Shown: one piece after another, positions 38,453-47,390 of the stretch | How positions within the stretch are numbered: the stretch's first letter is position 1 | Layout of the letters: each line of letters starts with the position of its first letter | Assembly (NCBI GenBank): GCA_024688095.1 | Contig: JAILEJ010000175.1 | Location: 1-50,394 of the forward strand | Length of the DNA: 50,394 nt | Direction: 5' to 3' | DNA from: Butyrivibrio sp. | Lineage (GTDB): Bacteria; Bacillota; Clostridia; Lachnospirales; Lachnospiraceae | Notes under the pieces: generated by a model | Database searches by the model: none | What the model saw: the letters and a program-made list of their open reading frames with translations, nothing else | Told to the model about the DNA's origin: nothing | Position numbers and translations under genes: made by a program

Positions 38453-38956
38453 TTAATATTCTTCGGTGAAATCTATATTGTTTTCGCTGAAGAATTTTTT
38501 TATGTAAGAATCCCAAAGACTATCAGCTGTTTTATCTAAAGTAAAAATCTTAATTGATACAGCGGAAGTAACAGTTACGGCGCCATCCCTGAATTTGATA
38601 TTAAGACAATAGTCATTTGATGGAGTTGAATTATTATTATCAGGTTCAATTGCTGTAAGAGCATTTTCTGGCTTAAGGTGAAGTACAAATCTAAATCCCA
38701 AAGGAGTGTTTTTGCCCTTTATAAGATTAAAACAAATACCTTTCATATCACTCCAGGAAGAAAATAAATAACTATTTTCTGTGGCATTCGGGCTTTCTAT
38801 ATCATTTTGATAGAATTCTTTGTGTATATGACCATCAATACTAAAAGTGTTATAGGTTTCTATTATTGCTTCTTCTAGAAGAAAGTTATCAAATACATCA
38901 CCGGCAAGAAGCTTTGCCATAAATTCTTTGGTATGTAAGATTTTTAAAGCTAACAT
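38453..38956 (-). CDS. conserved hypothetical protein (DUF5721-like)
   Basis: K.FMAKLL...FD.FLL.EA.I.T.NTFSIDG, LIKGKNTP and FTLDK pattern recalled from Lachnospiraceae proteins. Confidence 0.75.
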   Translation of the reverse strand: MLALKILHTKEFMAKLLAGDVFDNFLLEEAIIETYNTFSIDGHIHKEFYQNDIESPNATENSYLFSSWSDMKGICFNLIKGKNTPLGFRFVLHLKPENALTAIEPDNNNSTPSNDYCLNIKFRDGAVTVTSAVSIKIFTLDKTADSLWDSYIKKFFSENNIDFTEEY

Positions 38957-39056
38957 ATAAATTCCTTTCTCCCTATTTTTACAATCAAATAATAATATAA
39001 ATTGAAACGATTTCTTTGTCTAGTAAAAACTAAAAAATAGTGAGGAGTATAATATT

Positions 39057-39103
39057 AAAAAAGCACTCTCTTTACCGTTTTTACAATAGGATAAAGAGAG
39101 TGC
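39057..39103 (-). terminator. intrinsic terminator of the LRR protein gene
   Basis: GCACTCTCTTTA...TAAAGAGAGTGC with an A run on the left. Confidence 0.75.
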
Positions 39104-39129
39104 CAAAAAGGTCTTTTAAAGTTAGCTGA

Positions 39130-39786
39130 TTATAATGATGAAAGCCAGCTTACATAAGAACCGCCATATGTTACTGATTTAGCTCCGCGATTAGAAATGA
39201 ATTTTACATATTTGGATTTCTTGCTGCTTCTTACATAGATAGTAAGATTTTTTACATTCTTGAATGAATTTGCTTTAATTGAACTCTTTGTAAGTTTTGT
39301 TGAGCTTATTGCAAGTGTGCTTAAATTTGTACATTTTGCAAATGCATATTTATCAATTGTCTTTAAGCATGACATTCTAAGAACAACAGTTTTCAAATTT
39401 TTACATCCATAAAATGCATAAGATGGGATAGTCTTTATCTGTACTGATTCATTAAGCCATACTTCAGTAATTTTAGTGTTATTTTTGAAAGCTGAAGAGT
39501 TCATCGCAGTACATGAGTATTCATCATCATTGTGTGATGTGTCATATACAGTTCCATAGATAACAACTTTTGTGAGACTGCTATCTTCAACACCTGCTAC
39601 AGATACGCAACCTGCATCGCTATCAGTGGCTGCCTGTGTAATTACATATCTGATTCCGTCTTTTACCAGATAGTCGCCTACTGATGCATGGTCTGCTGCT
39701 TTTGCGTCTGTTTTAACCAAAAGTGCTACTGCGAGCATAAAAGCAAGTGTGACAGTTAGCTTTAAAAGATTTTTGATATTGTTCAT
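39130..39786 (-). CDS. secreted BspA-type leucine-rich-repeat protein
   Basis: Signal peptide ending AKA; repeats IKTIPSYAFYGCKNLKTV and LKTIDKYAFAKCTNLSTL. Confidence 0.88.
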   Translation of the reverse strand: MNNIKNLLKLTVTLAFMLAVALLVKTDAKAADHASVGDYLVKDGIRYVITQAATDSDAGCVSVAGVEDSSLTKVVIYGTVYDTSHNDDEYSCTAMNSSAFKNNTKITEVWLNESVQIKTIPSYAFYGCKNLKTVVLRMSCLKTIDKYAFAKCTNLSTLAISSTKLTKSSIKANSFKNVKNLTIYVRSSKKSKYVKFISNRGAKSVTYGGSYVSWLSSL

Positions 39787-40073
39787 TGTTCTTGTTATAC
39801 CCCTTTCGTTTTGAATACCTGACGATATTTTATATATTTGTTATTTTAATTTGTATGAATGAAAAAAATGTAAAAAAATTGCGAAAAAATTATGAAATAA
39901 ATTTTAAATTAAAAATAGATTTAATTTTATTATAAAAATCTGAAATATAACTTCCTTTACGTCTTTTCCAGTCTATGTTATTATAAGTAGTAATAAAAAC
40001 TACATTGAATTATTATTAGTTTTGTTTATTAGATGTAGAAAAGAATAAGGTTTTAGATGTGGAGAGGCATATA

Positions 40074-40910
40074 ATGAGCTATAAAATTGTAGTAGATAGT
40101 TGTTGTGAGTTACCTGAGAATTTTAAGAATGATCCAAGATATGAAATAGTTCCACTTGTGCTTCAGGTTGGAGATTATCAGACTCTTGATGATGAAACTT
40201 TTGATCAGAAAGATTATATAAAAAGGGTGGCAGAGTGCGAGACATGTCCAAAGACAGCATGCCCTTCTCCAGAAAGATATATGAAGGCTTATCAGAGTGA
40301 GGCGGATAATATTTATGTAGTAACACTTTCATCAAAACTTAGTGGAAGCTATAATAGTGCACTTCTTGGAAAAAATATTTATCATGAAGAGCATGGTGAC
40401 AAAAATATTCATGTATTTGATTCATTATCTGCAAGTTGCGGAGAATATCAGATAGCTAAAAAGGTCGCAGAACTCGAAGAACAGGGTTTTTCATTTGAAG
40501 AAATTGTCGAAAAGGTTGAGAAATTCAGAGATGAGCTTCATACATACTTTGTACTTGATAGTCTTGATACGCTTAGAAAAAATGGAAGACTTACAGGAAT
40601 GAAAGCAGTTGTTGCAACAACTCTAAATATAAAGCCTGTATGTATTGGACTTAAAGGAGAAATAGCACAGCGTGGTCAGGGTATAGGAATGAAAAAGGCG
40701 CTTGTAAAGATGGCAGATATACTTGCTTCTGAAATAGAGAACCCTGAAGAAAAAACACTTATGATCACCCATGTAAATTGTTATGAAAGAGCAGAAGTTG
40801 TAAGAAACATGATTCTTACAAAGGTTCCTTTTAAGGATTCCCTTGTAATGGATACTGCTGGAGTAAGTACAACTTATGCAAATGATGGTGGAATAATTGT
40901 TACCTGTTAA
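40074..40910 (+). CDS. DegV/FakB-family fatty-acid-binding protein
   Basis: IVVDSC, KTACPSP, LSSKLSGSYNSA, LRKNGR and LNIKP. ATG 40074 follows GGAGAGG. Confidence 0.93.
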   Translation: MSYKIVVDSCCELPENFKNDPRYEIVPLVLQVGDYQTLDDETFDQKDYIKRVAECETCPKTACPSPERYMKAYQSEADNIYVVTLSSKLSGSYNSALLGKNIYHEEHGDKNIHVFDSLSASCGEYQIAKKVAELEEQGFSFEEIVEKVEKFRDELHTYFVLDSLDTLRKNGRLTGMKAVVATTLNIKPVCIGLKGEIAQRGQGIGMKKALVKMADILASEIENPEEKTLMITHVNCYERAEVVRNMILTKVPFKDSLVMDTAGVSTTYANDGGIIVTC

Positions 40911-40951
40911 GCTTTTGAAGTAAGGGAATAAATCTATTTATATATAAAATC

Positions 40952-40985
40952 AGACCTCCTATGAGTATCATAGGAGGTCTTTTTT
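40952..40985. terminator. terminator between convergent degV and response regulator genes
   Basis: AGACCTCCTATGA-GTA-TCATAGGAGGTCT plus a T run. Confidence 0.85.
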
Positions 40986-40990
40986 AGCTC

Positions 40991-41725
40991 TTAAGAATTC
41001 TTGTTTTTTAAATCTTCGCAAATTGCTCTGGCAGCAGCTATATTTTTTCTGTATGAGAAAGAAATTCGAAGTTTAGTTCCATCATCCATAGTGCAATGGG
41101 TTAAGCCTGTACTTACAACATGATTGACGTTTACCAGGGCATTTTCTGATATTGGACATATTTGAGGAAATTCAGAACACTCGTCATAGAAATTATATAT
41201 ATCACTTATTATAAGAGCTTTTCTTCCGTCCTGAAGCTTAATAAGAAGCTTTGAACCTTCCATTTTGCCATAGACTACATCGTCATCCTTGGCATATATG
41301 GTATACTCATCTGTTCTTATTTCTATTGTGGGAATTGGATCACCTTTTTGTATAAGAATCTGATCAAGCATAGCATGAAGTTCAGCTTTTAAGATTGGCT
41401 TATTAATATACCAAAAGTCATCCTTTTTCATGATATCGATCATTTCTTCATATTTAAACTTTGAACTGCATAGGATAATAGGAGCAACGACGCCTACTTC
41501 TCTTAGCATATAGCCAACATCAAGACCATTTTCCGGGCCATTTGTCATATCAACAAAAATTCCATCATACATCTGAGGAACCTGCAAAAGAGCGGGAATA
41601 TTTCCATAGGAATCAATATAAAATCCTTCCTGACCTTCTTTTTTTCTTGCTTCTGATTCGCGACCAAGAAGTCTCTCCATTTGTTTTCTATCTGCTATAT
41701 TATCATCGTATACAGCTATATGCAT
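40991..41725 (-). CDS. LytTR-type response regulator (divergent output domain)
   Basis: REC residues VYDD, FVD, CSS and NKP. The C-terminal F.QI...ALVNVNHV......MDDG..L.IS pattern is LytTR-like. ATG 41725 follows AAGGGG. Confidence 0.8.
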   Translation of the reverse strand: MHIAVYDDNIADRKQMERLLGRESEARKKEGQEGFYIDSYGNIPALLQVPQMYDGIFVDMTNGPENGLDVGYMLREVGVVAPIILCSSKFKYEEMIDIMKKDDFWYINKPILKAELHAMLDQILIQKGDPIPTIEIRTDEYTIYAKDDDVVYGKMEGSKLLIKLQDGRKALIISDIYNFYDECSEFPQICPISENALVNVNHVVSTGLTHCTMDDGTKLRISFSYRKNIAAARAICEDLKNKNS

Positions 41726-41777
41726 TTTTATTCCCCTTACATAATTTAGATACAAGATTTTAGAAGTATTATATAAA

Positions 41778-42071
41778 TCAGATGAAACTGAATTGTATAG
41801 GTGACTTCCATAATAATATTATAACAATAATTTGAAGAATTAAAATAAGCGGCAACCCATATCTGAAATACCAATGGCGTGTCTTATGACGAAAGATAAA
41901 CATTCCAAGGATACAACCTATACTGCCTCCGATGAAGGCTACAATAAAAAATGTAGCCTCTGGGATTCGGAAAGCATTAACTTTGGCCTTGTGTTTGTCT
42001 ATACCCATTATAAAAAAGCCATAAATATTCAGTGCTATGAGATAAGCCGCTATAAAAGTAATCGAGTTCAT
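41778..42071 (-). CDS. DUF1294 family membrane protein
   Basis: DKHKA....RIPE, GGSIG and FRHKT. Confidence 0.9.
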   Translation of the reverse strand: MNSITFIAAYLIALNIYGFFIMGIDKHKAKVNAFRIPEATFFIVAFIGGSIGCILGMFIFRHKTRHWYFRYGLPLILILQIIVIILLWKSPIQFSFI

Positions 42072-42090
42072 TTAAAGTAGTACCTGTAAA

Positions 42091-43314
42091 TTATTTGTTA
42101 GATTCTACTTCCTGCATTTTCATTGCACGTACCTTTGATGAGAGACCAAACAGATTGATGAAACCTTCTGCATCGTGGTGGTCATAAAGGTCACCTGTCT
42201 TGAATGAAGCAATACTCTCATTGTAAAGAGAATATGGAGAAGTAGTACCTGCCTTAATAATATTTCCTTTATATAATTTGAAGGTTACTTCGCCAGTTAC
42301 ATATTTCTGAGTAGATTCAATGAATGCCTGCTCAGCTTCACGAAGAGGTGTGAACCATTTTCCTTCATATACGATATCAGCAAACTTGTTGCCCATATCC
42401 TTTTTCATTGTATATGTATCGCGGTCCAAAATCAACTCCTCAAGCTGCTGATGTGCTTCATAAAGAATTGTTCCACCAGGTGTTTCATATACACCACGGC
42501 TCTTCATACCAACAACACGGTTTTCAACGATATCAACGATACCAATACCGTTTTCTCCTCCGAGCTTGTTAAGAGTACGGATAATATCAGAAACTTTCAT
42601 CTTTTTGCCGTTAACACTCTTAGGAACACCAGCCTCAAATGTCATTGTTACAGTAGTAGGTGTGTCAGGAGCTTCTTCTGGGGTAACACCAAGTACAAGA
42701 AGGTGTTTATAGTTTGGCTCAAGACTTGGATCCTCAAGTTCAAGACCTTCATGTGAAATGTGCCAGAGGTTACGGTCACGGCTGTAGCTGCTGTCTGCTG
42801 AAAATGGGAGATTGATACCATGTGCTTTACAGTATTCAATTTCTGATTCTCTTGAATCCATTGTCCACTTATCATTTCTCCATGCTGCAATGATCTTAAT
42901 ATCTGGAGCAAGTGCTTTGATGCCAAGTTCAAAACGAATCTGATCGTTTCCTTTACCTGTTGCACCGTGGCAGATAGCAACAGCGCCTTCTTTACGAGCA
43001 ATTTCAACGAGTTTCTTAGCAATAAGAGGACGAGCCATTGATGTTCCAAGAAGATATTTGTTTTCATAAACTGCATGAGCCTGAACGCAAGGTACAATGT
43101 ATTCGTCGCAGAATTCATCTACAACATCAAGAACATATAACTTTGCAGCACCACATGAAATAGCTCTTTCTTCAAGTCCGTCAAGTTCTTCTTCCTGTCC
43201 ACAGTCTATACATACGCATACTACTTCGTAATCAAAATTCTCCTTAAGCCATGGGATGATAGCAGTTGTATCAAGTCCACCTGAATAAGCTAAAATAACC
43301 TTTTCTTTTGCCAT
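42091..43314 (-). CDS. argG: argininosuccinate synthase
   Basis: [23 protein letters not shown] and [16 protein letters not shown]. Confidence 0.98.
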   Translation of the reverse strand: MAKEKVILAYSGGLDTTAIIPWLKENFDYEVVCVCIDCGQEEELDGLEERAISCGAAKLYVLDVVDEFCDEYIVPCVQAHAVYENKYLLGTSMARPLIAKKLVEIARKEGAVAICHGATGKGNDQIRFELGIKALAPDIKIIAAWRNDKWTMDSRESEIEYCKAHGINLPFSADSSYSRDRNLWHISHEGLELEDPSLEPNYKHLLVLGVTPEEAPDTPTTVTMTFEAGVPKSVNGKKMKVSDIIRTLNKLGGENGIGIVDIVENRVVGMKSRGVYETPGGTILYEAHQQLEELILDRDTYTMKKDMGNKFADIVYEGKWFTPLREAEQAFIESTQKYVTGEVTFKLYKGNIIKAGTTSPYSLYNESIASFKTGDLYDHHDAEGFINLFGLSSKVRAMKMQEVESNK

Positions 43315-43442
43315 TGTTTTTCTCCTTTTTAAAACTTATCTTAGATAAATATTTTTATTTTACAGTACTGCTTTTTACGGCTAATGATATTATATGCCGT
43401 ATTTGTAACAGTAGTAAATGGTTTTGTTAATGAACAGTTATC

Positions 43443-43471
43443 AATATACAATAATTTATGTATAAATGCAA
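43443..43471 (-). promoter_or_regulatory. sigma-A promoter of argG
   Basis: Minus strand TTGCAT-17 bp-TATATT. Confidence 0.7.
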
Positions 43472-43478
43472 GTGTTTT

Positions 43479-43524
43479 ATGCATAAAAATAAATAAAAAG
43501 GTATTTTTATGCATAAATATAAAA
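43479..43524. promoter_or_regulatory. pair of ARG-box-like (ArgR) operators upstream of argG and the kinase gene
   Basis: ATGCATAAAAATAAAT and ATGCATAAATATAAAA, 30 bp apart, resemble TGMATWWWWATKCA and sit next to an arginine gene. Confidence 0.75.
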
Positions 43525-43557
43525 AATATGCAATGTGAAAGACTCCTTTTATACAAT

Positions 43558-43586
43558 TTGTGATACAAAAATTGATATGGTAAGAT
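43558..43586 (+). promoter_or_regulatory. putative promoter of the kinase/response-regulator operon
   Basis: TTGTGA-17 bp-TAAGAT with TGn extension. Confidence 0.5.
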
Positions 43587-43647
43587 AATAGTTAGGGATT
43601 ATATAAAAGGCCATCATATATTCGTTTTTTATATTAGAGGGAATCTG

Positions 43648-46600
43648 ATGAAAAAAAGAGAAAATATAGGTGTCATGATAGCAGTTGCTTCGCTTCTTTT
43701 ACTGGTAATGCTTACTGATACATGGGTTATGTTCAAAATGACTTCTCAGCAGACAGTGGAGGCAGGTAACTATCAGCTTACAAGTATAAGTGGAGAACTT
43801 GAGAGTACTATTAATGAAGCTGAAAAGCTTACTATGGAACTTGCCATGGTGGCACAGGGATATCTTGAAGATAAAGATGAGCTTGAAAAATATATATATG
43901 ATACAAAAGACAAACTTTCTGATTATGGCAACGGAAGCTATAACGTTTATATAGCAGGTACAGGATGGGATATTATTCCGGATCTTGTTAAAACAAAGGA
44001 TTTTGTTGCTTCTGAAAGAAGTTGGTATACAGGAGCCGGGCTTAATCATGGAATTCCTTATGTAACTGCGCCTTATGCAGATGCTGCTACAGGTGACATA
44101 TGTTACACCGTTTCTGTAATGTTAAATGACCATGATACGGTACTTGGTGTTGACTATACAATGGAAACAATCCAAAATCATATAGTTCAGATTTGCGAGA
44201 ACAGTTCACGTAATGCTGTAATAGTTACAGATGAAGGAATTATAGCAGGATGTTCTGACGAAACACTTATAGGCAAACAGCTTGTATCAGATCTTCCGGA
44301 ATATTCCGGAATTTTTGGACTGGCCAAAACTGGCGATGGTGTTGTTTCATGCAGAATAAAAGCCGACCTTCTTTATGAAAATCTATGCGCTGCCCAGGCA
44401 GGAAACGGGTGGTATCTGATAGTCAGTGTAAGTGACTGGGAAATGTATAAAAATTCATACATTCAGCTGCTGGTTACTATCATGCTTAGCGTGGCATTAT
44501 TTGCTATAGTTATCTATTTATATACCTCTGCTTTAAATGCAAGACAAAAAGCTGAGGAAGCATACGCATCCAAAGAAAAGTTTTTGGAACGTATTTCAGC
44601 AGAACTTCAATTACCTTTACATAATATAATAGACAGATCAAGTCGTGGAAATATTGAAAATGTTGATGATTATTCAGCTGAGTTTGCCAAAATACATTCA
44701 GCAGGTGAAAGACTCTCTGAAATGATCGAACAGCTTATGTCTTATAACAGTATTATCCGAACAAATTATGATAATAAGCAATCTGAGCAGTCCAGTAAAA
44801 AGACACGTGAAATGAATAAAAATTTCCGTATAAGTATACTTGCGCTTTTATTAATAGTAATGCTTATCAGTCTATATAATAATGTAACTGTTACCTATAA
44901 ATGGGGCAGGGAAATGATGCAGAACGATGTGGAAAGCTATGAATATCAGCTTTCTGAATGGATAAATACTCAGAAAAGTATTTTGGATATGTTCTGCAGT
45001 ATAATATCTACAAATCCTGAGATGCTTGATAATTATGAGGAGACTGTAGAATATCTTGACCGTGTAACTGGGCAGTATCCTGAGATATCAGTTTCATATA
45101 TGACAAATCCAAATCTTGAGCATACAGTTTATATGAATAATGGTTGGGAAGGTGATTCTGACTGGCATGTTGAAGAAAGACAATGGTATATAGATACACT
45201 TTCATCTGAAAGTGGGTTTAATATATCTGCACCTTACTATGATGAACAGACGGGTGTATATTGTGTCACTTTTTCTGAACGTGTATACGATTCAAAAACT
45301 GGTGAATTTCTTGGAAATTTTGGAATAGATTTTTATATGGATAAACTGGTGGATATTCTTGGAAGCAGCTATTCTGATACAGGATATGCTTTTCTTGTAG
45401 ATGCTAAAGGTGGAATAATAAATCATCCATATGGAAGTTATCAGATGACAGAAAATGAAACAACTAATGTAGCAGACCTTCCTTATGGAAAAGTAAATGT
45501 GAATGGAAAGAGTACTATAGTATTCGAAGATTATGACGGCGTAAATAAGATACTTATAGCTACAAGGGATGAATCATCGAATTTTATTATTTATGTAGTC
45601 AGTTCTATATGGGAAATATATGGCAGAGTTTTTGCATATGGACTAATAGTTATATTGACTTTTTTTGTTTGTATTTATTCGATTTCCAAACTTCTTTCAA
45701 ATCTCATTGCATGGCAGGATGAGACTAATAAACGTATGCAGGAGGCTGCGGATTCTGCTGTGGCAGCAGGAAGAGCCAAAAGTGAGTTCCTGGCACAAAT
45801 GTCTCATGAAATTAGAACGCCTATCAATGCGGTTCTTGGAATGAACGAGATGATATTAAGAAAGAGTACTGACAATGTTATTTTGGATTATTCTTCTAAT
45901 ATAAGGACAGCAGGAAAAACACTCCTTACACTTATTAATAGTATCCTGGACTTCTCCAAAATAGAAGATGGTAAGATGGAAATAGTTCCTGCTGAGTACG
46001 ATACGGTTATTCTTATTAATAATCTTAATAATTCAATCATTTCCAGGGCAAAGGCAAAAAATATCGATTTTAAAATTAAAGTGGATGAATCGATTCCAAT
46101 AACACTTTACGGAGATGATGTAAGAATCAGCCAGGTTATAATGAACCTTTTAACAAATGCTGTTAAATATACAGAGAAGGGATATGTGATCCTTACTATA
46201 CGTAATGGAGGAATCCATGATGATACGATTGATCTGATCATAGAAGTTAAAGATACAGGTATTGGTATCAAAAAAGAAGATATGGGAAGACTGTTTGAAT
46301 CCTTTGAAAGACTTGAAGAAAAGAGAAACAGAAATATTGAAGGAACAGGACTTGGAATATCTATTGTGACAAAGCTTCTAGAAATGATGAATAGTAAGCT
46401 TGAGGTGGAAAGTGTATACGGAGAAGGATCTGTTTTTTCTTTCCAGCTAAAACAGCAGATTATAAATAAACAGCCTATAGGTAATTATGAAGAAAGACTT
46501 AATACAATAAACAGGCAGGATACTGAAGAAATTGATCTATATGCACCAAATGCCAGAGTACTGCTTGTAGATGATAATGAGATTAATCTTAAGGTTGCGC

Positions 46601-47373
46601 AGAATTTTATGAAGCTTTACGGAATAAAACCAGATCTTGTAACTTCTGGAATTGAAGCAATAGATAAAGTGAAAGAGAGACAATATGACATTATTTTCCT
46701 GGATCACATGATGCCAAAGCTTGATGGAATAGAGACGCTTGAGAAGATGAGGGAGGACAGGCTCCTTTCTGAAAATACGAAGGTAATTGCTCTTACTGCC
46801 AATGCTATTTCAGGGGCTAAAGAAAAATATCTTGAAGCAGGATTTGATGATTATCTGTCCAAACCAATTGAAATAAAAATGTTGCAGGAAAAAATTAAAA
46901 AATATTTGCCAAAACAACTTGAAGAGACAAGAAAAAAGGATGATGATATGAGTATATTGGAATTTTTCCCTGATGAGGAAATACAGGGAGAAGACAAGGC
47001 ATCAGAGTCAGATATTCTTTTTGATGAACTTGAAAAAAATGGCATTAATACCAAAAGTGGTATGCAGTATTGTGCTGACAGCAGGGAGTTTTATATTGAA
47101 ATCCTGCAGGATTTTGTCTCTTCCTATATTTCAAAAAGTAATGTACTTCAGGAAAGCTATGGAAGTATGGATATAGATACGTACAGAATACAGATTCATG
47201 CCCTGAAAGGTAACGCCAGGACAATTGGAGATGAGAATTTGTCTGAGCTGGCAAAGGAACTTGAGATTGCCGCCAGAGAAAATAATATAGAATTAATAAA
47301 AGAAAAGCATAACGACTTCATGGAACAGTATAAAAACATTGTGGATATATTGGATAAAGCAATGAAAATGTAA
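43648..47373 (+). CDS. hybrid sensor histidine kinase: TM-dCache-TM-pseudoDHp-TM-dCache-TM-HisKA-HATPase-REC-Hpt
   Basis: Two R.WY...PY.D...G.D Cache motifs, H-box MSHEIRTP, N-box NLLTNAVKY, G1 DTGIGI, G2 GTGLG, REC FLDHMMP and Hpt IHALKG. Confidence 0.93.
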   Translation: MKKRENIGVMIAVASLLLLVMLTDTWVMFKMTSQQTVEAGNYQLTSISGELESTINEAEKLTMELAMVAQGYLEDKDELEKYIYDTKDKLSDYGNGSYNVYIAGTGWDIIPDLVKTKDFVASERSWYTGAGLNHGIPYVTAPYADAATGDICYTVSVMLNDHDTVLGVDYTMETIQNHIVQICENSSRNAVIVTDEGIIAGCSDETLIGKQLVSDLPEYSGIFGLAKTGDGVVSCRIKADLLYENLCAAQAGNGWYLIVSVSDWEMYKNSYIQLLVTIMLSVALFAIVIYLYTSALNARQKAEEAYASKEKFLERISAELQLPLHNIIDRSSRGNIENVDDYSAEFAKIHSAGERLSEMIEQLMSYNSIIRTNYDNKQSEQSSKKTREMNKNFRISILALLLIVMLISLYNNVTVTYKWGREMMQNDVESYEYQLSEWINTQKSILDMFCSIISTNPEMLDNYEETVEYLDRVTGQYPEISVSYMTNPNLEHTVYMNNGWEGDSDWHVEERQWYIDTLSSESGFNISAPYYDEQTGVYCVTFSERVYDSKTGEFLGNFGIDFYMDKLVDILGSSYSDTGYAFLVDAKGGIINHPYGSYQMTENETTNVADLPYGKVNVNGKSTIVFEDYDGVNKILIATRDESSNFIIYVVSSIWEIYGRVFAYGLIVILTFFVCIYSISKLLSNLIAWQDETNKRMQEAADSAVAAGRAKSEFLAQMSHEIRTPINAVLGMNEMILRKSTDNVILDYSSNIRTAGKTLLTLINSILDFSKIEDGKMEIVPAEYDTVILINNLNNSIISRAKAKNIDFKIKVDESIPITLYGDDVRISQVIMNLLTNAVKYTEKGYVILTIRNGGIHDDTIDLIIEVKDTGIGIKKEDMGRLFESFERLEEKRNRNIEGTGLGISIVTKLLEMMNSKLEVESVYGEGSVFSFQLKQQIINKQPIGNYEERLNTINRQDTEEIDLYAPNARVLLVDDNEINLKVAQNFMKLYGIKPDLVTSGIEAIDKVKERQYDIIFLDHMMPKLDGIETLEKMREDRLLSENTKVIALTANAISGAKEKYLEAGFDDYLSKPIEIKMLQEKIKKYLPKQLEETRKKDDDMSILEFFPDEEIQGEDKASESDILFDELEKNGINTKSGMQYCADSREFYIEILQDFVSSYISKSNVLQESYGSMDIDTYRIQIHALKGNARTIGDENLSELAKELEIAARENNIELIKEKHNDFMEQYKNIVDILDKAMKM

Positions 47374-47390
47374 ATATGGAGATAGTTAAC

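Noticed and set aside
39057-39108. AAGCACTC...GAGTGCCAA resembling a CIRCE element
   Set aside because: The spacer is far longer than 9 bp, the stem extends inward as a terminator, and it lies 3' of a non-chaperone gene.
39787-40058. Very AT-rich 270-bp spacer as a possible origin or ncRNA
   Set aside because: No DnaA-box array or stable structure seen; it is consistent with a divergent promoter region.
43341-43568. 75-aa minus-strand ORF with repeated F-I/M-HK units, and the similar 64-aa ORF at 49730-49924
   Set aside because: The repeats are translations of the ARG-box DNA repeats. There is no convincing RBS, and the ORFs overlap promoters and argC.
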